Shown here: piece after piece, positions 27,501 to 38,954 of the stretch
How the letters are laid out: each line of letters starts with the position of its first letter
How positions within the stretch are numbered: the stretch's first letter is position 1
Origin: Eledone cirrhosa
Lineage: Eukaryota
Assembly (NCBI GenBank): GCA_964016885.1
Contig: OZ024746.1
Coordinates: forward strand, 8,184,001 to 8,248,000
DNA length: 64,000 bases
Direction of reading: 5' to 3'
Notes under the pieces: generated by a model
Told to the model about the DNA's origin: nothing
Seen by the model: only the letters and a program-made list of their open reading frames with translations
Database searches by the model: none
Position numbers and translations under genes: made by a program

Positions 27501-28557
27501 CCATGGTAATCACATGGTTGTTAGGAAGGTAAAGGGTCCATGGTAATCACATGGTTGTTAGGAAGGTAAAGGGGCCATAGTAATCACATGGTTGTTAGGA
27601 AGGTAAAGGGTCCATGGTAATCACATGGTTGTTAGGAAGGAAAAGGGTCCATGGTAATCACATGGTTGTTAGGAAGGTAAAGGGTCCATGGTAATCACAT
27701 GGTTGTTAGGAAGGTAAAGGGTCCATGGTAATCACATGGTTGTTAGGAAGGAAAAGGGTCCATGGTAATCACATGGTTGTTAGGAAGGTAAAGGGTCCAT
27801 GGTAATCACATGGTTGTTAGGAAGGTAAAGGGTCCATGGTAATCACATGGTTGTTAGGAAGGAAAAGGGTCCATGGTAATCACATGGTTGTTAGGAAGGT
27901 AAAGGGGCCATAGTAATCACATGGTTGTTAGGAAGGTAAAGGGGCCATAGTAATCACATGGTTGTTAGGAAGGTAAAGGGTCCATGGTAATCACATGGTT
28001 GTTAGGAAGGTAAAGGGTCCATGGTAATCACATGGTTGTTAGGAAGGTAAAGGGGCCATAGTAATCACATGGTTGTTAGGAAGGTAAAGGGGCCATAGTA
28101 ATCACATGGTTGTTAGGAAGGTAAAGGGTCCATGGTAATCACATGGTTGTTAGGAAGGAAAAGGGTCCATGGTAATCACATGGTTGTTAGGAAGGTAAAG
28201 GGTCCATGGTAATCACATGGTTGTTAGGAAGGTAAAGGGTCCATGGTAATCACATGGTTGTTAGGAAGAGGCTGAGTAGAAAACAGCATGAACAATGTAT
28301 CTGTCCTTTTATATTTGCTATGTATGTCTTTAAACCTACTGAATCCAGAGTAATTTTGCAGATTTTTTAGTATATTTATAGTGTTATGATGAGATGACAA
28401 TGATTCACACACTATCAATATGACAATTGCATATATACACTATCATAATATATACTTTGTCATAAGCCCAGACCTATTATACTTGCACACATACACACAC
28501 GTATGTGTGTATGTGTCTGTGTGAGAGTCTGTGTGTGTGTATATATATATATATATT

Positions 28558-28635
<78 letters not shown>

Positions 28636-28943
28636 AGTAAGTCAAACATGTTAAATTTGGCTTCGTTTATTATAAATTCTCTGCTATATATATTTCAGTG
28701 ACAGCTATTATTGGATGTGACCTCATCAGGCAGTACGAATTAATGGAGAAAAAACAGGTAAACTTGTGGAAATGTGTTCCACTCTGTCAATAATTCATCA
28801 ATATGTCCAGCTCCTGGGTGTGTTGTTAGTCCTCCGAGGAACTGGAATCATATCCGGAGTAAACAAACCAGCCTGTGTACTTTGTTGAGTGCTCCAACCT
28901 GCATACTGAAGTGTTGGTAAACAACCAACACACACTCAAAATT

Positions 28944-28975
<32 letters not shown>

Positions 28976-31900
28976 TAACAAAGGAATTGTGTGGTAAGGA
29001 ACCAGATGGACTATAACGCACCAGAGTATTCAATACTTAGGGTAGTAGAGCGGGAAATAGGAAAAAGTATGACCCCGACGACAGAGCTCAAGCCGCTTTG
29101 ACGGCTATTTCTGGACTAAATTAGAATTTTTAGCCTGGTGAATAAATAGCCAAACTTTTCAAGGGGGTACTTCCTTATATGGAAAGTTTGTAGTTGTCAA
29201 GAGGATTGGTTAAAATTTGTTGTAAACACAAATAAGTCTATCATGGCATTTGGTGGGAGGTAGGGGTGGCTGAACTTGCCTGTAGAACAATAGGGGAGTG
29301 AGTGGAACGGTCAAGCGTTGAAAGAGATATGTATACATCAGATTCTAAGGATAGTGTATGAAGTGGGGGAGGGAGGTTATAGAATAGGTAAATCGAATGA
29401 GAGTAGGAGACAATAAAAGATAAAATAAAGAAATAAAAAAAAATATATAAAATTAGATAGTGAGAAATGAATAAATGAAAAAAAAAAAAAAAAAAAAAAA
29501 AAATCACAATGCTATCTTACAATAAGTTAACAGGTTAAAGTTAAAGAGGTTAAGTTGAGAATAGAAAAAACTTGTATCAACTTCTTCCGCGACTGGGGAA
29601 TTAAAATCACTCTACAAACGTCATTTTCCTGGACGTTACCCATAACCTCAAAAATGATCTGTACTTCCCATACAGGAAACCAAACGACAACCTGCACTAC
29701 ATCCACCGCCGCTCTAACCCTCCTAGAAACTTCACCAATAACCTGGTTAAAAACATCTCCCTCCGCATATCTCGTTTGTCCGCTAATGAGCAGATATTCG
29801 AGGAACATGCGCCTTATTACAACCAGGCCCTCAAGCAGAGTGGCTTCCGGGAGGAAATATCCTTTTATCCAGCTTCCCTTAGCTGATCCAGCAGGCGACA
29901 CCGCCGCTCACGCAACGTAACATGGTTCAATCCTCCCCATTATGCCGAGGTGGCAACACCTATCGGGAAAATCTTCTTTAGACTCCTCGAAAAACACTTC
30001 CCACCACAACATAATCAACAAAAACACCATCAAACTCTCCTACAGCACCACACCTAACTTCGCACAAAACATTGTCTCCTCAAACAACAAAAAACTCAAC
30101 CCCTATGGAAGAAATAACTTAGACATTAGTGGAGAGCCGACCAGGAGGTGTAACTGCCCTGATAGATCTACGTGCCCCCTCAATAACAAATGCCGAGAAC
30201 ATAACGTGATCTACCAGTGCAACGTGAGGACGGACACCTCCAACAAAGCTTATATAGGATTAACCGCGTGAGACTTCAAGACCCGGCTCTACCAACACCG
30301 ACATACTTTCCGAAACCCGGTCCGGCGACATGCCACTACACTTTTGGGCCACATCTGGGATCTCCAAGAAAATAAAATAACCTACAATCTCACTTGGAGC
30401 TTACTGTCCAAAGCTAACTCTTACATGGGAGGACGCCATCCGTGTAACTTATGCTTGGAGGAAACATTACAAATGCTGTTTTCGAAGGACCAACTCCTAA
30501 ACAAGAAAGAGGAACTTACCTCGCCCTCAAACCCCATAACGACCCGGGTGGATAGACAAGGGCTGATACCCCCCTACTTGCCGATTAAGTTAGGGGAAAC
30601 CCCAGCTTACTTAGGTAGATGTATTTCTTTTCTTTTTTCCTCTTTGTCTTCTTCTTTCCCCTGTCTCATCCTATCACTTCCTTCCACCCCCTATTTTCTT
30701 CCTTGTCTGCTTTTCCCCTTCGCCTACCCCGATGCAGCCTATCGGGCCTCTAGCATCAGTTCTCCCACCCCTGTAATTTTAAGATAGAATTGGCCGAATA
30801 CGTTTTACTAACTACTTATAGCAGACGTGTTAAAACCCCTTTAATTCTGTATCAATCTGGTACTACTTCAATTTCTACAAGTTTTTTCTATTCTCAACTT
30901 ATTAACCTGTGATTTTTTTATTTTTTTTATTCTTTCTCACTATCTAATTTTATATATTTTTTTATTTCTTTATTTCATCTTTTATTGTCTCCTACTCTCA
31001 TTTACCTATTCTATAACCTCCCTCCTCCACTTCATACCTTATCCTTAGAATCTGCTGTATATCTCTTTCAAAGCTGCTTGATCGCTCCACTCACTCCCCT
31101 ATTGTTCTACAGGCAAGTTCAGCCACCCCTACCTCCCACCAAATGCCATGATAGACTTATTTGTGTTTACAACAAATTTTAACCAATCCTCTTGACAACT
31201 ACAAACTTTCCATATAAGGAAGTACCCCCTTGAAAAGTTTGGCTATTTATTCACCAGGCTAAAAATTCTAATTTAGTCCAGAAATAGCCGTCGAAACGGC
31301 TTGATCTCTGCCGTCGGGGTCTTACTTTTTCCTATATATATATATATATATATCAGAATAGATCCAAATAAAACTAAGATCATTACTCAACAAAGTACTC
31401 AATACTTGGGATAGTAGAGAATAACTATATTATAAAGAGTCAGAGGCCGACGGCTGAGCTCTTGCTGTTACAACAGCTAGTTCCAGACTATATATATATA
31501 TTTATTAAAATAACAGATTAAAGTTTAAGCAAAGAATCGCTGCTTTCCCCCTTAACGGGATCTTCTGAAACTCATTATTTTAATAAATATTTGCTCTAGG
31601 GTTCTTATATATTTGATATATATTTATCCTTATCGAGCACTCTTTGGATTTTAGTCTTCACATTTATTATTATTACTATATATATATATATATATATGAA
31701 ATGTGGATGTTAAAACGACAATGATGATGATTATATATATATATAAAAGAGAGAGAGAGAGAGGGGGGGACTCCCCTATTGTTCTACAGGCAAGTTCAGC
31801 CACCCCTACCTCCCACCAAATGCCATGATAGACTTATTTGTGTTTACAACAAATTTTAACCAATCCTCTTGACAACTACAAACTTTCCATATAAGGAAGT

Positions 31901-34900
31901 ACCCCCTTGAAAAGTTTGGCTATTTATTCACCAGGCTAAAAATTCTAATTTAGTCCAGAAATAGCCGTCGAAACGGCTTGATCTCTGCCGTCGGGGTCTT
32001 ACTTTTTCCTATATATATATATATATATATATATCAGAATAGATCCAAATAAAACTAAGATCATTACTCAACAAAGTACTCAATACTTGGGATAGTAGAG
32101 AATAACTATATTATAAAGAGTCAGAGGCCGACGGCTGAGCTCTTGCTGTTACAACAGCTAGTTCCAGACTATATATATATATTTATTAAAATAACAGATT
32201 AAAGTTTAAGCAAAGAATCGCTGCTTTCCCCCTTAACGGGATCTTCTGAAACTCATTATTTTAATAAATATTTGCTCTAGGGTTCTTATATATTTGATAT
32301 ATATTTATCCTTATCGAGCACTCTTTGGATTTTAGTCTTCACATTTATTATTATTACTATATATATATATATATATATGAAATGTGGATGTTAAAACGAC
32401 AATGATGATGATTATATATATATATAAAAGAGAGAGAGAGAGAGGGGGGGGGAGAAATGAGTTATCATATGAACATTTTTATACAAGAATACCAAAACTT
32501 ACTTTGGTTTTTAGCTTGGTAATTGTTGCATGTTTCATCCACTAGACCTTTTTCATGAGCATATCCATATACAGAATTGTCGTCTCCACCCATACAGCTA
32601 CCTGCCTCGCCACAATCAATAACTTCCTGGACCGATAAGTACGCAGGAGGCCATGGGTAAGATCGATGGATGTTCAATCTATCAGCAAGTGAACTGGTTG
32701 CACCCATAGCCCAACAGGATCCACAATCTAAGAAGAGGTAACAACAATGAGAATCAGTACATAATTTTGAACACAACAGGACAAATATATAATTTTGACA
32801 ATATACCAGGACTAATATATAATTTTGACAATATAACAGGACTAATATATAATTTTGACAATATACCAGGACTAATATATAATTTTGACAATATACCAGG
32901 ACTAATATATAATTTTGACAATATAACAGGACTAATATATAATTTTGACAATATACCAGGACTAATATATAATTTAACACAACAGGACTAATATATAATT
33001 TTGACAATATACCAGGACTAATATATAATTTTGACAATATAACAGGACTAATATATAATTTGAACAATATACCAGGACTAATATATAATTTAAACAATAT
33101 AACAGGACTAATATATAATTTAAACAATATAACAGGACTAATATATAATTTTGACAATATAACAGGACTAATATATAATTTGAACAATATACCAGGACTA
33201 ATATATAATTTAAACAATATAACAGGACTAATATATAATTTAAACAATATAACAGGACTAATATATAATTTAAACAATATAACAGGACTAATATATAATT
33301 TAAACAATATAACAGGACTAATATATAATTTAAACAATATAACAGGACTAATATATAATTTTGACAATATAACAGGACTAATATGTAATTTGAACAATAC
33401 ACCAGGACTAATATATAATTTTGACAATATAACAGGACTAATATATAATTTAAACAATATAACAGGACTAATATATAATTTAAACAATATACCAGGACTA
33501 ATATATAATTTAAACAATATAACAGGACTAATATATAATTTAAACAATATACCAGGACTAATATATAATTTAAACAATATAACAGGACTAATATATAATT
33601 TAAACAATATACCAGGACTAATATATAATTTAAACAATATAACAGGACTAATATATAATTTAAACAATATACCAGGACTAATATATAATTTAAACAATAT
33701 AACAGGACTAATATATAATTTAAACAATATAACAGGACTAATATATAATTTAAACAATATAACAGGACTAATATATAATTTAAACAATATAACAGGACTA
33801 ATATATAATTTAAACAATATAACAGGACTAATATATAATTTAAACAATATAACAGGACTAATATATAATTTAAACAATATAACAGGACTAATATATAATT
33901 TAAACAATATAACAGGACTAATATATAATTTAAACAATATAACAGGACTAATATATAATTTAAACAATATAACAGGACTAATATATAATTTAAACAATAT
34001 AACAGGACTAATATATAATTTAAACAATATAACAGGACTAATATATAATTTAAACAATATAACAGGACTAATATATAATTTAAACAATATAACAGGACTA
34101 ATATATAATTTAAACAATATAACAGGACTAATATATAATTTAAACAATATAACAGGACTAATATATAATTTAAACAATATAACAGGACTAATATATAATT
34201 TAAACAATATAACAGGACTAATATATAATTTAAACAATATAACAGGACTAATATATAATTTAAACAATATAACAGGACTAATATATAATTTAAACAATAT
34301 AACAGGACTAATATATAATTTAAACAATATAACAGGATCTATATCTGTGGTTGGCAGCCTTTCAGACCTCATGGACCACTAAATTCATAATTTTAAATCC
34401 TGCCGACCACTAATATGAATTAATGGTCAATAGTCAAAACAATACTGAAGCATACATGTGTCATATTGTCGATAGATGATACATATGTGTAAAATTCTTT
34501 CATGGATGTTAGTTTTTTACTGAGGAGAAACATTTTTAGGGAGGGGGGTTATAAAATATATTCTAACTGAATATTATTTATGTTTTATTATGGATAAAAC
34601 ATAAAAATTGCAAATAATCTCCACAATTTTCTACGGACCACCACTGGTCCGCGGACCACAGGTTAGTGACTGCTGATCTATATATAATTTTGAATGATAC
34701 AAGATCTATATATAATTTTGAACACTATAACAAGACCTTTATAGAGAGTGGGGCATAAAGATCTCCCACATTTTGAAGGGATATAAAAAAAGGAATGTGG
34801 CAGATCTTTATGCCCCCTCCCCACGTATAATTTTGCCAATGAAACAAATCTAATATGTATTGAACAGTAGAAGTATCAATCTTTTGAAATTCCTTTCCTA

Positions 34901-37900
34901 TCCATAATTTTTTTAAATGTAAGAAGCCATTATTACTTTTATTAGGCATAGGTTAAGTTTAACGTCCTCGAAAATGAAACTAGGTTTTCTGACAAGTAAA
35001 TGTGTTTTTTTTTTTTTTTTTTTTTACAATGAAATTTACGATACACTCTTTGTTTATTTACAACAGGTCTCTATAGTGATATGGGGTTAATTAGTATTGC
35101 GTGTGTGATTATTTTCTCATATATATATGTGTGGGTGTGTATATGTGTGTATATATATGTGTGTCTGTATGTATATATATATGTGTGTTTGTATATATAT
35201 ATATGCGTTTGTGTCATCATCATCGTTTAGATGTTTTTGTAATATCTTGCCAAAGTTGGCACCAACTATAAACAAATTAAGGCCGGGTCATAAGAAGGAC
35301 AGAGAACGCAATACTAATTAACACCATATCACTATAGAGACCTGTTGTAAATAAACAAAGAGTGTATCGTAAATTTCATTGTAAAAAAAGAAAAAAAAAC
35401 ACATTCACTTGTCAGAAAACCTAGTTTCATTTTCGAGGACGTTAAACTTAACCTATGCACTTGTCAGATAACCTAGTTTCATTTTCGAGGACGTTAAACT
35501 TAACCTATGCCCTTTTATTATACTGTTGAAATGTATCAATTGTTGAAGCATAGAGCCTCATGAAATTGTAGTGGTACCTCGGTTCACGAACGCCTCTCAT
35601 CACGAACAAATTGGTTTGTGAACAATTTTTCCAAACATAAAACATCTCAGTTCACGAACGGTGTCTTGAGTAACGAACATACAAGTTATAGCAACAAGCA
35701 TAGAGTATTGGTGGGAAAGTGTCACTTGCTGTGTAGTTATTTACTATGGTGATATCCATCTGTCTTTCATGCACACACACACACACTCTTTCCCTCTCTC
35801 TCTCTCACTATATTTGAGGTGACAAATGGCCTTCAGGAACAAATTAGTTAGTGAACCGAGATTCTAATGTACTTGTAAAAATGCAATAATAACATAGGCT
35901 TGAAACAACAAGAAAATATTGATAATATGAAGAAAAAAAAAGAGGTGAAAATATTCTACAGCTGCTACAGCAGGTATTATTGACTCAGTCAGGATAATAA
36001 AGTGGCAGGTGCAAACAAATACAGCCACCTTATGTACAGGTGAACTCGGGTAGCTACAGATACCTGCATATGGGTAAATACAGAAGCCATGCCTACAAGT
36101 AGACACCCTGTCTACAAGTAAATACAAACAATCAGTCTACAGGTAAATACAAACAATCAGTCTACAGGTAATACAAACAATCAGTCTACAGGTAAATACA
36201 AACAATCAGTCTACAGGTAAATACAAACAATCAGTCTACAGGTAAATACAAACAATCAGTCTACAGGTAAATACAAACAATCAGTCTACAGGTAAATACA
36301 AACAATCAGTCTACAGGTAAATACAAACAATCAGTCTACAGGTAAATACAAACAATCAGTCTACAGGTAAATACAAACAATCAGTCTACAGGTAAATACA
36401 AACAATCAGTCTACAGGTAAATACAAACACACTGTACACAGGTAAATACAAACACTGTGTATAGCTAAATACTAATATCCTGTGTATACAGGTAAACAGA
36501 AATAGTACAAGTATAGGTAAAATAATGCAACTTACATTGTGGAATATGTTGGTTACGGTTGGTGCTTGCATAATTGATTCCCGTCACATTACGCCAATCC
36601 CAGCTCTTGGGAATCTCTTCATATGTCAATATTTCATGTGGACGAGGATATGACCTAAAAAAAAATGTGAAATATTAAATCGTTAATCTAATTACACCCA
36701 GATATGTCAGGTCAGGCCTTGCTTCTGGTACCATGTAACCCAGTACATCCTATTTCATGGTTGAGGACTAAACCAGCTCGCCCAACCTGCTCAGACCAAG
36801 CTTCTGCCTTACTGCTGGTACTATGTAACCCAGTACATCTTATTTCATGGTTGGGTGGTTGCTGACTAAACCAGCTCCCCCATCAGATCAGGTTTTTGTG
36901 AGGAGGGTCAGTGAAAACCCAACAGCATAAAAAAAAAAACAAGAGCTGATAAAAGGGTGTATTAACTCCTCAGAGTCAATGGCCATCTACCCTAATTATG
37001 GGTTAAATAGCGCCACCAATCCACAATTGGCCAAATGTCACGGGGCGCAGCACGTTTTCCCCCTTGTCCTAGGCCCAAAACCTAATCACCCTCCCCTCTC
37101 TTCTGCGACACCAGAGCTCTTGTCATCCCCTCCCCTTCTTTCTTTTAGTCTTTTTTCTCTATATTTCCATTCTTTTTTACTTTTGTTTCCTTTTCATCTG
37201 TTATAGTTGTCATTATTATTAGTAGTAGTGTCTCAAATTATTCCTGTTTTAGTTACATGGGGGGGGGGGGATAGTATTACACTCGGTGTTTACTTAATCC
37301 TAGCTCTAACCAACCCTAACCCTAACCCTAATCCTAGCTCTAACCAACCCTAACCATAACCCAACCCTAAGCCGGACAGGTGTCATTGACTTGTATATTC
37401 ACCGTCATCCGAAACAAAAAAACAACAACAACAAGCATTTTCAGACGGGTTTGAAGGTCAGAACCGTTGAAATAACAAAATTATAAACAAACAAAACAAG
37501 ACAAAAAAGATATATTTCTACTCGACTCTAATGCTTATGTAAATAATTACCATTAATTAAACGCGAGCGTCAGTGCAGGCTTCGAGGACGAGATATTCGT
37601 TAGATTAGGCTTAGAATGCAAAATATATTTTCAAACAGTAGGATATTAGGGATTTCGAGAATCTCCCATTAACTTGCTATGAATATATAAAAGAACGTCA
37701 ATAGGAACATGTCAGTATATTTTAACATGTAGTTGACCCCTACTTGTGTACTTCTAAATCTAATTTTGTGAAATAGGTTTACATTTTGTGTCAAATACTA
37801 TTTGTACTTACACAGTAAATGGTGGTTTAAATATTTAAAACACTCATAAAATGTTTTTTAAAAATAACCATTAGATTCAGAGAATATCAAACACTAGGCT

Positions 37901-38954
37901 ATGACACACGCCTCAAAGATTTATGTAGTTCTAAAATTCCCTTAAAGTAAGCCCCAGAATACGTTACCAAACCTAAAAGATGTGGAATCGCCATTGGAAT
38001 CACACGAGTTCTATACGAAAAGTGATGGAAGTTCAGTGTTCTGAGCCATTTAGTTAGTTGGTTATCACCAACATTCGCTGGGGCGAATTACTGTGTGTTA
38101 TAGAATATTTCGTGTTTTATTAAATATTTATTCCGTCTATTACATAATACCACCACCCGCTTCCCATACATATATCACTTTTTTCAGGCACACACGTACT
38201 GTAAACGTTTACTGCATTACATATAAGTCCTTTGTTTTTCTTTTTCAATCATCCGATTGTTCCATTTACCCGGCACCATTGTGGTAAATCTGTTTTATTC
38301 TTATTATCATTTGGAATAAATTTAGTCGACGAACCCCGCCTCCCGAAAAAAAAAATTGCTTGCTTGGTACCTAAACTATCAATTAAGGTCTGAGTTCAAA
38401 TCCCGCCGAGGTTAACTTTGTCTTTCATCCTTACGGGGTCGATAAAATAAAACACCAGTAACGTACAGGAGTCGATTTAATTGGCTTTCCCTCCCCGCAA
38501 ATTACTGGCCTTGTGCCTATAATATAAATCATTATTGTTAGAAGCCCGAGCAACAAAGCGAAAATAAGATAAAAAGCCAAATATACGCCCAGCTCCAATG
38601 TTTTCTCCCCGACGAGCGACATATAGAATATAATCATTTGAACATTTTTTTTTTCTTATGACTGAAATCAGTCGATCGAATATTTAGCTACATTGATATT
38701 CAGACAAATCTCATTCCTTACTCTTAAAAGTATTCATTCATATTTGATATGAATTATCCAACTAGATATACATAAACAGTTAATTTGAAAACAATAATGT
38801 AAATGGATTAACTTTACCTGATTTCTCTCGGATATTTCGATGAGAAATTGGCTTTAAAGCAAGGATTTTGCTTCAAGTATTTCGCTAAATAAGCACCAAA
38901 AGTCAGTGGAGCACAAAAAATAAAGAAAATCGCAAGCGAGAGAAAGTGGTTCAT
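15516..38954 (-). CDS. CTSZ: Cathepsin Z/X (papain family C1A), 7 coding exons: 38954-38818, 36654-36536, 32727-32503, 25494-25344, 23338-23263, 20234-20142, 15623-15516 (302 aa)
   Basis: All junctions GT-AG in phase, 909 nt. Signal peptide [20 protein letters not shown], short propeptide with Cys (NPCF), IPKSWDWRN, diagnostic mini-loop RNQHIPQYCGSCWA (catalytic Cys), [11 protein letters not shown] (His), WISRNSWG (Asn), [11 protein letters not shown]. Confidence 0.96.
16779..17078. mobile_element. pogo/Tc2-like MITE
   Basis: Imperfect TIRs CACTCGCGTCCCAAATAA / TTTTTCGAGACCCGAGAGT; inverted relative at about 39526-39866; partial ends at about 1510-1558 and 61190-61240. Confidence 0.55.
19141..20100 (-). 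mobile_element. Non-autonomous Helitron (about 960 bp) retaining the Pif1 helicase C-terminus
   Basis: Minus strand starts TCTATATAT, ends CCCAAGAAAGGCCGGG hairpin + TCATTCAGCTAG|T; 19210-19490 translates with a frameshift to [32 protein letters not shown]...[13 protein letters not shown]...NIVYPEVL. Confidence 0.88.
26839..28268. repeat. 37-bp minisatellite, about 38 copies, in CTSZ intron 3
   Basis: Unit GGTAATCACATGGTTGTTAGGAAGGTAAAGGGTCCAT with point variants and no spacers. Confidence 0.97.
28681..28733 (-). ncRNA. Minimal type I hammerhead ribozyme
   Basis: Minus strand: CUGC-CUGAUGA-GGUCACAUC..GCUGUCACU-GAAA-UAUAUA-UA-GCAG; stem I 4 bp, imperfect stem II, palindromic stem III. Confidence 0.75.
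28975..31335 (+). mobile_element. Penelope-like retroelement, 5'-truncated with inverted 3' copy (decayed RT end + GIY-YIG endonuclease)
   Basis: 29550-30530 encodes, with stops and frameshifts, VIFLDVT..YRKPND..YIH..SN..TWFNPP..CNC...[33 protein letters not shown]; 29055-29576 is the reverse complement of about 30875-31335; flanked by (TA)n. Confidence 0.9.
31226..31319 (+). ncRNA. Type I hammerhead ribozyme with U3-A8 core variant
   Basis: CCCC-UUGAAAA-G(UU)UGGCUAUUU...AAAUAGCCG(U)C-GAAA-CGGC-uugaucucu-GCCG-UC-GGGG; predicted cleavage after GUC at 31315. Confidence 0.72.
31522..31572 (-). ncRNA. Hammerhead-like motif with A at core position 4 (second copy 32203-32253)
   Basis: Minus strand: AGUUU-CAGAAGA-UCCC guuaa GGGG-GAAA-GCA gcgauucuu UGC-UU-AAACU; all three stems pair. 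Confidence 0.6.
31903..31996 (+). ncRNA. Second copy of the U3-A8 hammerhead ribozyme
   Basis: Identical to 31226-31319, offset 677 bp; predicted cleavage after 31992. Confidence 0.68.
32770..34336. repeat. 30-bp minisatellite, about 52 copies, at the 3' end of CTSZ intron 2
   Basis: Unit TAAACAATATAACAGGACTAATATATAATT; produces the spurious 635-aa and 440-aa ORFs. Confidence 0.97.
34345..34675. mobile_element. hAT (Charlie-like) MITE
   Basis: 8-bp TSD ATCTATAT; termini CTGTGGTTGGCAGCCT / AGGTTAGTGACTGCTG; subterminal GGACCAC motifs. Confidence 0.75.
34945..35511. mobile_element. Long-TIR MITE with 9-bp TSD (Mutator- or Merlin-type)
   Basis: TSD CTTTTATTA; about 155-bp TIRs starting GGCATAGGTTAAGTTTAACGTCC; the terminal about 50 bp of the right TIR is duplicated. 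Confidence 0.8.
35569..35871. mobile_element. Tigger/pogo-like MITE
   Basis: TAGTGGTACCTCGGTTCACGAAC ... GTTAGTGAACCGAGATTCTAATG with internal CACGAAC repeats. Confidence 0.65.
36110..36455. repeat. 25-bp minisatellite, about 12-13 copies
   Basis: Unit AAATACAAACAATCAGTCTACAGGT. Confidence 0.95.

Larger units (their letters stand above)
31093..32450. repeat. Near-perfect tandem duplication, unit about 677-681 bp
   Basis: 31093-31769 is repeated at 31770-32450, differing essentially in microsatellite lengths. Confidence 0.9.

Noticed and set aside
26839-28268. CRISPR-like array (37-bp period); likewise the 32-, 30- and 25-bp arrays
   Set aside because: No unique spacers, no cas genes, eukaryotic intronic context.
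29880-30275. In-frame TGA codons in the PLE ORF as selenocysteine
   Set aside because: The ORF is also frameshifted, the TGAs fit CGA-to-TGA CpG decay at non-Cys positions, and no SECIS was recognised.
32465-34382. 635-aa (-) and 440-aa (+) repeat ORFs as real proteins
   Set aside because: They are products of a stop-free 30-bp minisatellite; only 32727-32503 is a true CTSZ exon, with its own acceptor.
37295-37372. CCCTAA repeats as a telomere or telomerase RNA template (also 42700-42716)
   Set aside because: Short, degenerate tracts inside dispersed repeats; no pseudoknot, CR4/5 or H/ACA context was seen.
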